Made by a program: the position numbers and the translations under genes. A stretch of DNA of 64,000 nucleotides from an uncultured Methanomassiliicoccales archaeon (GTDB lineage Archaea; Thermoplasmatota; Thermoplasmata; Methanomassiliicoccales; UBA472), in the NCBI GenBank assembly GCA_963695345.1, contig OY968769.1, positions 384,001 through 448,000 on the forward strand. The letters run 5' to 3'. How positions within the stretch are numbered: position 1 is the first letter of the stretch; each line of letters starts with the position of its first letter. The notes below the pieces were generated by a model, which made no database searches, had not been told where the DNA came from, and worked only from the letters and a program-made list of their open reading frames with translations. This document shows, piece after piece, positions 1-13,205 of this stretch.

Positions 1-266
1 CCGGTCCTGACGATTCGGATAATGTAGGCATCCGTTCCCCCGTTGGCGAAGAAACTGGATACAGCGTACCCGAGGTAGCTGTTGCTGTTCAGACCACCGA
101 AATAGCGTTCAAAGTCCTGCCATGAGAAGATCCTCTGGGCTCTGTCGGTCGGACCTTTTGGAGCCCAACCAATGAACGCAGTGATCGAGGTAGCGACACC
201 GGTTATCGTCCGGACACCACTCGGGATTTCCTCTATATAGACTCCTGGATAAGATAGCGTAGGCAT
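1..266 (-). CDS. Contractile phage-tail sheath family protein (eCIS/Afp-like), N-terminal 88 aa; continues beyond window start
   Basis: Not in ORF track. Manual translation from ATG at 266, with SD GGAGGAA at 271-277: MPTLSYPGVYIEEIPSGVRTITGVATSITAFIGWAPKGPTDRAQRIFSWQDFERYFGGLNSNSYLGYAVSSFFANGGTDAYIIRIVRT. PGVYIEE..TAFIG..GP..SWxDF..FG..YAVxxFFxNGG is the typical tail-sheath N-terminus. Confidence 0.9.
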   Translation of the reverse strand, partial: MPTLSYPGVYIEEIPSGVRTITGVATSITAFIGWAPKGPTDRAQRIFSWQDFERYFGGLNSNSYLGYAVSSFFANGGTDAYIIRIVRT

Positions 267-702
267 ATTATTCCTCCATGATTATTCCAATTATCCTTTC
301 CTCCGGCAATAGCGTCCCCGACGCAACGAAATACCATTCATCATTCCATGCTGGCGGATGGTCCCATTCTCCATATTTTCGAGTAACAATTTCGGTCCTC
401 CATAGAACGTCTCTCAAACCGAGGTAATTAAACCGGCTGCGTTGAGCCTCAAAAAATATTCTTTACCACATCATCTCACGACCAGAGGCGATTCTCTCCT
501 TGGTCGAATGACCTTATGTCTTCATCCTGTGACTGATAATTGTAAACCGATGCCCAACCAGTCATGATGGATTGATCTTGGAAAAGTGAATTATTTGTCA
601 TGAGATATGTCGTTCAGAATTATTCTTGACCATCTTCAATTCAGTTGTTCATTCATAGAACGATGCAAGAATTCATGTCGATAATTATGTAATGAGCCGC
701 GT

Positions 703-1041
703 CTAGACCGTTATCCTTCTTTCATCCTTCAATCGGTCCATCGCCGATTGAATAACTTCAACGTCTGGCAGGTTCCTGTTCGTCTTGATCGTCGTGACAT
801 AGGCCATGAACCGTTCTGCGGTCGTATCGTCCAATCCTTTGATCTTGGCGAATTTCATGGCGAGAACCTTGAGATCATTCTTTGTGGAATACCGTTTGAC
901 CGGATCACCATCTACGAAATTGAAGATAAGCCCGCACTTACAGTGACCTATTGTTGGAGTGGACGGATTTGCTGAGGTTTTGATGTAGTCTCTGAATGTG
1001 TCCCTTTCGATGAACTCTCCGCATTCGCATAGGATTATGAT
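703..1041 (-). CDS. Small putative Zn-binding protein (112 aa) with probable non-canonical ATC start
   Basis: Manual translation: (I/M)IILCECGEFIERDTFRDYIKTSANPSTPTIGHCKCGLIFNFVDGDPVKRYSTKNDLKVLAMKFAKIKGLDDTTAERFMAYVTTIKTNRNLPDVEVIQSAMDRLKDERRITV*. GGGGGT lies 6 nt upstream of ATC; there is no in-frame ATG/GTG/TTG before the upstream TAA. Confidence 0.65.
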   Translation of the reverse strand: MIILCECGEFIERDTFRDYIKTSANPSTPTIGHCKCGLIFNFVDGDPVKRYSTKNDLKVLAMKFAKIKGLDDTTAERFMAYVTTIKTNRNLPDVEVIQSAMDRLKDERRITV

Positions 1042-1441
1042 CTTTTTACCCCCAAAGAAAAATAAATAGAACCCACTGATTTGAGGGGTGTCATAGCCTT
1101 CTGGCTCGCCTCTCCACAGTGAAATATCTTCGCTATGGATATAGAGGATTTTGCATTTTATTTAAAACTTTTTGATGTAAAATATTATCAAATATTATAC
1201 TCCGGGAAGTTATCTTTGCTCCCATTCTGAAATGTGAAAAAGTTATGCCAATACCGGTGATGAATGGAAAATACTGCATCAAATCGAAGCCGCTACCCAC
1301 ACCTCCGATCGAGGACCGGAAATGGACTAGCAGATTGGCGGTGACTGCTGGAATTGGCCCTGTCATAATCGCTCGCCAATCCGATGAAGTGGTTTGTACC
1401 CGGTCCATTTGGCTTGTGTCCTTGTGCACGAAATCGAGTGC

Positions 1442-3828
<2,387 letters not shown>

Positions 3829-4021
3829 GGTACAACCCCTTCTCCTGGAGATATTGGTCAACACAATAAGAAAGTTGCCGGACGCTGTTGGACTGCTCCT
3901 GGAGAGGATATCTGGCGATTTTACCTTCGAAGTCTTTCAAGGCACGGGCGTATCTGAATGGAGACTATCGATTCTAACATTACCAAAATTTTAATAACGG
4001 ATGACCACCCAACCTGCATTC

Positions 4022-4600
4022 ATGAGCTCGATCATCGATGGTATGATGGGAATGCTGTCCTCGGGAGACAATCTATCCGCCATGGGCAAGTCCGTCGGCG
4101 GGGATGAGAAATCGGTCAAATCTGCGCTGGGCATGGGATTGCCATTGATCATGGGCTCGATGGCGGACACAGCCTCCAAACCCGGTGGGGCCGATATCCT
4201 GACCAAGATGATACCGAAGGCAGGGGCCAGCAATCCGATGGACAACGTGGGCGCCCAAATAGGCAACCAGGACACCGCCGCGGGTTCGGATATGCTCAGC
4301 AAACTATTGGGGGACAGGATGGGGCCAATGCAGAGCGCGATCTCCAAGAAATCGGGGCTCGCCCCAGATGGTGTCGGCAAGCTGCTGGCGATGGTGGCGC
4401 CGTTGCTGATGGGTCAGATCGGTAAGATGTTCACCCAAGGTAATATGGACAGCAAAGGATTGTCCGCACTGCTTGGCAGCCAGTCCAAGATGGCTATGCA
4501 ATCCTCACCCGAGGCTTCAGACCTCTCCAAGGAGCTGAACATTGGACAGGCAGGTGCCGGGGGCTTCATGGCGAAGCTCAAGAACATGTTCAAGAAGTGA
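4022..4600 (+). CDS. DUF937-family helical protein
   Basis: Gly/Met/Ala-rich helical segments (SALGMGLPLIMGSMA, GSDMLSKLLG, KLLAMVAPLLMG) typical of DUF937. Confidence 0.7.
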   Translation: MSSIIDGMMGMLSSGDNLSAMGKSVGGDEKSVKSALGMGLPLIMGSMADTASKPGGADILTKMIPKAGASNPMDNVGAQIGNQDTAAGSDMLSKLLGDRMGPMQSAISKKSGLAPDGVGKLLAMVAPLLMGQIGKMFTQGNMDSKGLSALLGSQSKMAMQSSPEASDLSKELNIGQAGAGGFMAKLKNMFKK

Positions 4601-5032
4601 CAGGACCAGTGCAGGCTGGTCATTGACACCAGGTTCGAAAACGATCTAACCTTGAGATCGCGGAGGATTCATTTTCTGATAGCTGGTCATTTAACGTCCC
4701 GCCCATGGGCTCAGGCAATGATCAGATGATATGACAGTCCGGATACCGATCGTTAATGGAAAAAAGACGGGTTGGGATTCCCTGAGGATCGCTTGGGAAA
4801 TGAAGGAAGCATCGGGAGCGGAGTGGAAAAGTACCCCGATCTATGGTTAAGGCCGATGCTGCGTCGGGTCCGGCGAATATCGCTGAATTCTAGAGGGTGC
4901 ACTTTGGCCGGACCAGGATGGGTTTGAAGTTGTATCGATTCATCCATTGCAATGGATGGAAGGCCCTTCCCGGCCGGCGGCTCCGCGACATCACCTTCGG
5001 TCAAGATCCAAGACCCCCCCTCCTAAGAAGGA

Positions 5033-5055
5033 GAGATGCTCGCCCGACGCATCTC
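5033..5055 (-). terminator. Hairpin just downstream of ftsZ stop
   Basis: GAGATGC-TCG-CC-CGA-C-GCATCTC stem about 14 nt past the stop codon. Confidence 0.35.
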
Positions 5056-5068
5056 GTTCGCCCCCAGG

Positions 5069-6284
5069 TCAGTGCACGAAATCTACGCCGTCATCATTGC
5101 GCTGCCTTGGCTGGTGGTATTGGCTGGGTACCTGGCTTGGTGCGTACTGGGAAGTTCCCCTGGGCAACGTCTGGGTGCTCATCCCTGACCCCCTGGCGTC
5201 GAGCATGTACTTGCTCTTGGCGCCGGTGACAATGAGCAGCACCTTGATCGTTCCAATTAGTTCTGGCTCGATCGAACATCCCCAAATGATCCTCGCTCTC
5301 TCGCTGACTGATTTGGTCACGATCTCCGCCGCCTTCTGGGCCTCTCCGACGGTCATGTCGGGTCCGCCGACGACACGGATCAAAGCGCCCCTGGCCTGTC
5401 TCAGGTCGATCTCTCCCAGCATCGGGGAGGTTAGCGCTTCATGCACCGCGTCCTTGACCCGATCGTCAGAATCGGCATTGGCCTCGCCGATGCCGACGAA
5501 CGCCACCCCGCCCTCGTTCATGACCGTCTGGATATCGGCGTAGTCCAGGTTGACCAGTCCGGGCTTGGTGATGATCTCGGTCAGCCCCTTGATGGTCTGC
5601 ATGAGCACTTCGTCGGCCACCTTGAACGCGGCCTCGATCGGGAGCTTTGGCACCATCTCCAGGAGCTTGTCGTTCGGAACCACGATGGTGGTGTCGCAGG
5701 CTTGCCTCAGCTTGTTCAATCCCGACAGGGCGTTCTCCATGCGGATCGTCCCTTCCGCCTTGAAAGGAATGGTGACTACCCCCAGGGTTAGCGCCCTGAT
5801 CTGTTCCTTGGCGATGGCGGCGACGTAATGGGCCGAGCCGGTCCCAGTACCGCCCCCCATGCCCGCAGTGACGAAGACGATGTTCGCGCCTTTGAGGAAG
5901 TCCCGGATCTCGATGTCGTTCTCCCTCGCGGCCTCTTCCCCTACCTCTGGCCTCGCCCCTGCGCCAAGACCTCTTGTTTTGGATTTGCCGATCAGTATCT
6001 TCTTCGGGCGCCCGGATGGTCAGCAGGTGCTTGGCGTCGGTGTTGACGGCACAGAGCTGAGCCCCGCTTATGCCAGCATCGACGCAGCGATTGATGGTGT
6101 TACAGCCGCCTCCGCCACATCCAATGATCTTAATGCATACGTCCAGCTGCGCGGCGATGCGGAGCAGTTCCTCATCGCTCGCGCTCACTACCGGCGCTGC
6201 CGCCGGTTGGTTTTCCACACTTCCATTTGCCGGTTGCTTAGCTCCGGCAGTCGATAGCGCATCTTTTACCAATGAACTTGGCAT
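5069..6284 (-). CDS. ftsZ: Cell division protein FtsZ; one frameshift at ~6010
   Basis: [12 protein letters not shown] and AVNTDAKHL in ORF 5466..6341. Tubulin signature GGGTGTG and NLDYAD in ORF 5069..5860. Removing one C restores TIRAPKKILIG. Confidence 0.95.
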
Positions 6285-6448
6285 TTGTGCATCCCCGAAT
6301 ATATAGCGACCTAGTTGATAATAAATATTTCTGAGGTCCAAATTTTAACTGGGTATGGAGAATAATGCGATGCTTCGGATAATTAGTTCCGCGGGTAGAG
6401 CAACGCCTGCCTTTATGGGAAAGGGACTTGCTCACGGTCCATGATCGA

Positions 6449-7165
6449 TCACCACAGGCGGTTCCCGCAATTGGGACAGAATTGATGCTCCACCGAGACG
6501 TTCAGGCCGCATCTCGGACAGACCCTGCGATCCTGAAATGTCTGCTGGACCCCGACCTGATTCGGTTGCTTCTTTTTCCTGAGGAGCAGGAACAAGATCA
6601 CCAGCACCGCAATGATGGCGACCACAGCCACAACGGCAATGACCAATATCAGTAGACTGAACCCGGAGTCGACTATCTGGACATTCACCGCACCAAAATC
6701 ATAGACGACCTGGACATTTCCCGCACTCGGAGATGCCCCTCCAGATGGCCTGCCCGTGTTATCGATCACCAGATAATACTCTGTTCCGGTCACCAGCTCC
6801 CCGACGTTGCTGGCGACGAAGGCCGTAGAAGCATTGAGCTGGCTCAGACTGGAGTAGGAGAATTGTCCATTGTTCTTATAGCTCTCGAAATTGTCCTTGT
6901 CGAGGACCAGCAGGTCCACGTTGGGCCCATACAGGACTGTCACGTTGAAGCTAAGGCCAGCGTCATCCATAGCCCTTACACCTCTCACCAGAAAGAAGCC
7001 GTTAGGCTCAATGGTCTTGATGCCGCTGTTGTAAACAGTGTTGAACGCATCCACGCCAGTTGCCAATGGACCCACCGTGAGGACCAAGAGTATGGCGACC
7101 ATCGTTGATACCAGAGACCTCCAGATAGCGCGCGTAATCTCACCGATGACATCCATTCGGTTCAA
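6449..7165 (-). CDS. Membrane protein with extracellular domain, TM helix and C-terminal zinc ribbon
   Basis: N-terminal hydrophobic segment, long TM followed by RKKK, and CPRCG...CPNCG. Confidence 0.75.
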   Translation of the reverse strand: MNRMDVIGEITRAIWRSLVSTMVAILLVLTVGPLATGVDAFNTVYNSGIKTIEPNGFFLVRGVRAMDDAGLSFNVTVLYGPNVDLLVLDKDNFESYKNNGQFSYSSLSQLNASTAFVASNVGELVTGTEYYLVIDNTGRPSGGASPSAGNVQVVYDFGAVNVQIVDSGFSLLILVIAVVAVVAIIAVLVILFLLLRKKKQPNQVGVQQTFQDRRVCPRCGLNVSVEHQFCPNCGNRLW

Positions 7166-7357
7166 CTTTATTTATATCTTCTTCTGCTGAAAGAAGTCTT
7201 CATTGAATTGGTTTGATTCAGAACGAATGATCCTAGTTCCGATGAATGGCGTATCGGATCGATCGATGGCTGTCTGGACATGTGATGCCTTGCTCTTCTG
7301 CCGTTTCGACCCGAACAGAAGCTTTAAAAAACGATAACAGGTTCTTGACCGGTGGGC

Positions 7358-7800
7358 ATGAAGTCTCTTATTGTGTATGCATCAGTATCTCATGGTAATA
7401 CCGAAAAGGTGGCCAGGACTATCGGGGAGGTCCTTGGGGCGGATGTGATGGATGCAAAAGTGGTCGATCCGACCGTCATACAGACCTATGACCTGATAGG
7501 ATTCGGATCGGGATCTTCTATGGAAAATTCCATGCACGACTTCTGAAACTAGCGGAGATGATGCCTTCCGGAAAATCCAGGGCCTTTGTCTTCTCCACCA
7601 GCGGATTTGGGACGACCGATCCGCATGCTAAATTGTGGCAGGTCCTCGAATCCAAGGGATTCTTCAAAGGGGGCGACTTCGCGTGCAAAGCTTTGGACAC
7701 CTGGGCTCCCTTCAAGCTGGTTGGCGGCCTAAACAAGGGGAGGCCTGATGCCAGCGACCTCGAGAAGGCCAGGGAATTCGCGAATGGGCTCAAGAACTAA
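7358..7800 (+). CDS. Flavodoxin family protein; frameshift at ~7515
   Basis: IVYASVSHGNTEKVA and YDLIGFGSG, then AFVFSTSG...GRPDASDLEKAREFA in the next frame. Confidence 0.85.
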
Positions 7801-7876
7801 GCAAAAATATTCGGCGCGACCCCCGAAGAATGCCTTAGCGACGAAAGTGATTTGGGACGGTCAGATTGACCGTTCA

Positions 7877-8350
7877 TCACCGGTTCTCGTAGGCTGCCAC
7901 TAGGTCCTTGATGATCAGTTTGTCCATCTTCAGCATAGCTTCCATCACCCTTTGTGCCTTCAAGGGATCCTGATCCCTTAACATCTCGTTCAGAACAGTG
8001 GGAACGATCTGCCAGGACAATCCGAACTTGTCCGTGAGCCATCCGCACCGATCCTTGCGGCCCCCCTGGGAAAGCTCATCCCAGAAGTGGTCCACTTCGT
8101 CCTGGTCCTTGCAGTCCACGAACATCGATATGGCCGGGGTGAAATTGTATACCGGCCCGCCATTGAGCGCGAAGAACTCCTGTCCCTCAAGCTGGAATGT
8201 CACCGACATCACCGTTCCTTCCTGTCCCGGCCCCATTTTCCCATACCGGACTATCGTGCCTTTCTTCGAGTTCTTGAACACTGACGTATAGAAGTTCATG
8301 GCCTCTTCGGCATTATTATCGTACCATAGGAATGGAGTTATCTTCTGCAT
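7877..8350 (-). CDS. VOC/PhnB-like (3-demethylubiquinone-9 3-methyltransferase-like) protein
   Basis: MQKITPFLWY, ALNGGP and CGWLTDKFGLSWQIVP motifs. Confidence 0.9.
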   Translation of the reverse strand: MQKITPFLWYDNNAEEAMNFYTSVFKNSKKGTIVRYGKMGPGQEGTVMSVTFQLEGQEFFALNGGPVYNFTPAISMFVDCKDQDEVDHFWDELSQGGRKDRCGWLTDKFGLSWQIVPTVLNEMLRDQDPLKAQRVMEAMLKMDKLIIKDLVAAYENR

Positions 8351-8532
8351 GCATTCGATTTGACAGCGTGGATTATTTAGTGGTTTGCAGAATATTCCTG
8401 ATGATTAGCTATCTTAGTGAAATTGTTGATCGCTGCATCGAGGAATTACAATCGTTAACTATCCGAATGCAATTATTCATCATAATCAATTTACTTATAC
8501 TTGGTTCCCACCTATTTTAAGAGGGCAATCTA

Positions 8533-9273
8533 GTGCGAAGGGGGCGGAATGCCGCAGCGATGATGTTAGTCGCGTTTCTATTCTTAGGCGATGTCATGTT
8601 TTTATCGCAGGCTAACGCGGCGAATACGAAATATGGTTGCGAAACATCGGAACCGAACGGTCACGATGTGTCACAATCTCAAGCAGGAAGGCCGGCGGTT
8701 TCATTTGAGCAAGAGGTAATGGTTGTCCCCCAAATCGTCCCGGATGCCTGGGAATCCAGCCATCGTTTGAGACAGCCATATCAGGGACTAGTAATTGCAT
8801 CGTCAATGCCCGTCGGATGCCTGTGCAGCGTTACTGTGTCGAGTGCCATGACGGTTCTCCCGAATATGAGGGAACCATCCCAGTTGAACACATCCAGGTG
8901 TTCCAATTGCTCAATCACCTTGAAATGGAATGCACCATCAGTCTCCACCGGATTGACCGGATATCTTGTCCAAGTTTCTGATACAGATTCCTTCGAGACG
9001 ATATTGAGGAACCTTACGGTGACGTCGAGCTACAATAGCATAACGGTCTCTGAACTAAGCGATGACGCTGAATACTACTTCAGGGTCCAGGGATTATTCA
9101 ACGGGACTGGGGGACAATTCTCCGCAGCCGTCCATTCTGGTCCTGTAGCAATTCAGGATGAGAACATGATCGACACGAATCTTATGATGGGAACGGCGCT
9201 GGTGATCGCCATCTTGGCGTTGTTTGATTTCATGACGCTATACACCAAGATGAAAGGGAAATTACATCACTAA
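8533..9273 (+). CDS. Secreted, membrane-anchored protein with fibronectin type III domain
   Basis: Signal-like N-terminus; SITLKWNAP...TGYLVQ...EYYFRVQG FN3 pattern; C-terminal TM. Confidence 0.7.
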   Translation: MRRGRNAAAMMLVAFLFLGDVMFLSQANAANTKYGCETSEPNGHDVSQSQAGRPAVSFEQEVMVVPQIVPDAWESSHRLRQPYQGLVIASSMPVGCLCSVTVSSAMTVLPNMREPSQLNTSRCSNCSITLKWNAPSVSTGLTGYLVQVSDTDSFETILRNLTVTSSYNSITVSELSDDAEYYFRVQGLFNGTGGQFSAAVHSGPVAIQDENMIDTNLMMGTALVIAILALFDFMTLYTKMKGKLHH

Positions 9274-9328
9274 CTGATGCGTGCGCTTGACCTTGGTTAT
9301 CATGGCACTGGTAAGCGATACCCGATCT

Positions 9329-9637
9329 TCAGAGCTTGCCCTTGATGTTGTGATCTCCGCCAATCCTCTTGGATTCGGAGGACCCTTTTATCCATGAGCT
9401 CTTCTTTCGGTCTTTCTTCTGACCGCTGGTTCCCTCGATCGCACCTTCCCCTTGGTCGATCGCCTTCTTGCTGTCATAGGGCGCCAATCTTTCGGCCGGA
9501 CCGACCATACTGTTCACGCCCGCGCCCGGATGGGATGCTCCAGTTCCTATCTCGATGCGATCCGGATTATTGTCCATGTTTGCGGCTCCTCTCTTCACCT
9601 CGGCCGCCCTCTTTGCCGCCGCCTCTGCGTTGTCCAT
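9329..9637 (-). CDS. Small hydrophilic hypothetical protein
   Basis: Open frame with coding-like, charged low-complexity composition; start uncertain (9676 or 9637). Confidence 0.5.
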   Translation of the reverse strand: MDNAEAAAKRAAEVKRGAANMDNNPDRIEIGTGASHPGAGVNSMVGPAERLAPYDSKKAIDQGEGAIEGTSGQKKDRKKSSWIKGSSESKRIGGDHNIKGKL

Positions 9638-9945
9638 CCTAGTAACCCTTTCCCGCATGTTATTGGAATGTTTCATGTTAGCGACCTGATGTCATAACCA
9701 TACCTGTCATGTTGATGTACTTATTGGATGTAACTTGTGCTTTGTTGTAACTTGAATTTTTGATAAGCAGGCAAAGCCTTTCTAATACCGTCCATTGGTA
9801 TTGTCTGGTCCTCTTGACTAGACATGGATCGGCCATCGCTCTGAAGGATTCGTTGTCACAGAAAAAGGTGCGGTTATCCTTTTGCTACAAAGTACGATCA
9901 ATTTTGGTTGTTAGGATGCTTTAGTTCATATAGGAGACTAGAATT

Positions 9946-9960
9946 GACTGACGGTCAGTC
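9946..9960. promoter_or_regulatory. Putative TetR operator (perfect inverted repeat)
   Basis: GACTGAC-G-GTCAGTC, ending 3 nt before the TetR start codon. Confidence 0.75.
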
Positions 9961-9963
9961 GAA

Positions 9964-10629
9964 GTGATTAAAACGCCTAGAGTAACCAAACCCGCATCGG
10001 ACCGCCGACTCGAATTCATCAACGCTGCTGAAGCACTGTTCAACGAGAAGGGGTTCGAGAACACATCCATCGATGACATCGTCCATCGCATAGGTGTCGC
10101 AAAAGGCCTGTTCTACTATTATTTCAGATCTCGAGAGGATCTCCTCGCCGCCATCGTCGATCGCATATTGGACGAGGTGGAACAGATCGTGGTCCAGGCG
10201 ACGAAACGGGAAGGTCTGACCGCCATGCAACGGCTTCAGGAGATGAGCCTTTCCCACGATGTCGTCCGTGTCCGCTCCGGGAAACTGATGCAGTATTTCC
10301 ATGAGGAGCGCAACCAGGCACTCCACCTCCAACTCGAAGTTCGCACCATGAAATTCCTGGTACCCGCGATGGAAGCGATCATCAGACAAGGAGTCGAGGA
10401 GGGTGTTTTCGATACCCCTTTTCCGCAGGAGACGGCCGTGGCGCTGTTCGGGATCAAAGGGGTCATCGCCCACGCCGATTCCGGGACAGATTATTGCATG
10501 GACGGAGAAAGAAGCATCCAGATCATCGCGTTCCTATCGGAGCGCCTGCTCGGAGCCAAGGAAGGGACATTCCTGGAGTTCCTGAGAGAACTAAAACGCC
10601 ACAGCCCGGAGAGCGGCTGCGGTAAGTGA
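9964..10629 (+). CDS. TetR/AcrR family transcriptional regulator
   Basis: AAEALFNEKGFENTSIDDIVHRIGVAKGLFYYYFRSREDL helix-turn-helix. Confidence 0.95.
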   Translation: MIKTPRVTKPASDRRLEFINAAEALFNEKGFENTSIDDIVHRIGVAKGLFYYYFRSREDLLAAIVDRILDEVEQIVVQATKREGLTAMQRLQEMSLSHDVVRVRSGKLMQYFHEERNQALHLQLEVRTMKFLVPAMEAIIRQGVEEGVFDTPFPQETAVALFGIKGVIAHADSGTDYCMDGERSIQIIAFLSERLLGAKEGTFLEFLRELKRHSPESGCGK

Positions 10630-10656
10630 TTTACGATCAAAGAAGGAAGTGTTACG

Positions 10657-12321
<1,665 letters not shown>

Positions 12322-12370
12322 GGCGAAAAACCTTTTTCATTTCCTTTTTTCCGGTTTTCCACAACCCGCT

Positions 12371-12580
12371 TCATTTTCTGATGAGTTTCGACACGATGAT
12401 CGTGGCAATGAGGGCGGCCAATATCATCGTTACCGGCAGAAGGATGAAGAAAGACGGGTCCGAATCGACAGTACCCCTCGACCCGATGGCCAACGCGATG
12501 CCGTATCCAGCGGCCATACCGATCACTAGAAGGTATGCGGCCGGAGGCCACCGGACCCACGACGAGAGGTGACCGTTCAT
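12371..12580 (-). CDS. Small two-TM membrane protein
   Basis: Two hydrophobic helices in 69 aa. Confidence 0.55.
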   Translation of the reverse strand: MNGHLSSWVRWPPAAYLLVIGMAAGYGIALAIGSRGTVDSDPSFFILLPVTMILAALIATIIVSKLIRK

Positions 12581-12816
12581 ATCATGACCTTCATGAAGTG
12601 ATATCGCGATGCTTCATCTAGTCAGGCAGGAGGTCATAATTGTTGGCCCTCACTGTCAAAAAGTGCCATGATGGAGGGACCGACTGGACCGAAGTATTCC
12701 GAATTTGATACTATCGATGATAGTACCATTTTTATAGAGATCCCGCATTGAGCGCTTGAAGAATGCGTTTGAGATCCCAAGGGTGTCATCACATTCATTC
12801 CGGTCCGGTGAGATAA

Positions 12817-13098
12817 ATGCAAAAATGCTGGAATTGCGGATCAGATGTCCCAGAACAAGCTACCTATTGCCCCAAGTGCGGAAAGACATTCATTGCCACG
12901 TCCCCTGGTTCCCCCCAACAGGCGGGACCGAACGGACAAGCCCCACCGTATCCCATCCCTCCCTATCCCTTCTTCCAGAGCTATCCATATCCACCAATCC
13001 CAGGAGGTCAATTGGAACGGAAGGTGGACAGCCTCCGCAATCTGGTGATGGCGGTCCTCGCCCTGCAGGTATTCTTCATTCTCCTGATCTTCCTCTGA
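12817..13098 (+). CDS. Zinc-ribbon, Pro-rich, C-terminal TM protein
   Basis: CWNCG...CPKCG, a PYP-rich linker and a terminal hydrophobic helix. Confidence 0.8.
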   Translation: MQKCWNCGSDVPEQATYCPKCGKTFIATSPGSPQQAGPNGQAPPYPIPPYPFFQSYPYPPIPGGQLERKVDSLRNLVMAVLALQVFFILLIFL

Positions 13099-13205
13099 CG
13101 GACCTCCGGTCCTTCATGCCTTGAAACGGCTTTAGAGCCGGTCAGCCAGCAACTGGAAGGTCACGATGAACATGAGCAGCACCTGGAATATCGGAAACGC
13201 CAATT

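Noticed and set aside
748-975. 75-aa plus-strand ORF from the track
   Set aside because: Antisense shadow of the more protein-like minus-strand frame 703..1041.
5990-6030. Programmed frameshifting in ftsZ and the other split genes
   Set aside because: No shared slippery heptamer or stimulator; the breaks are scattered and mostly extra homopolymer bases typical of sequencing error.
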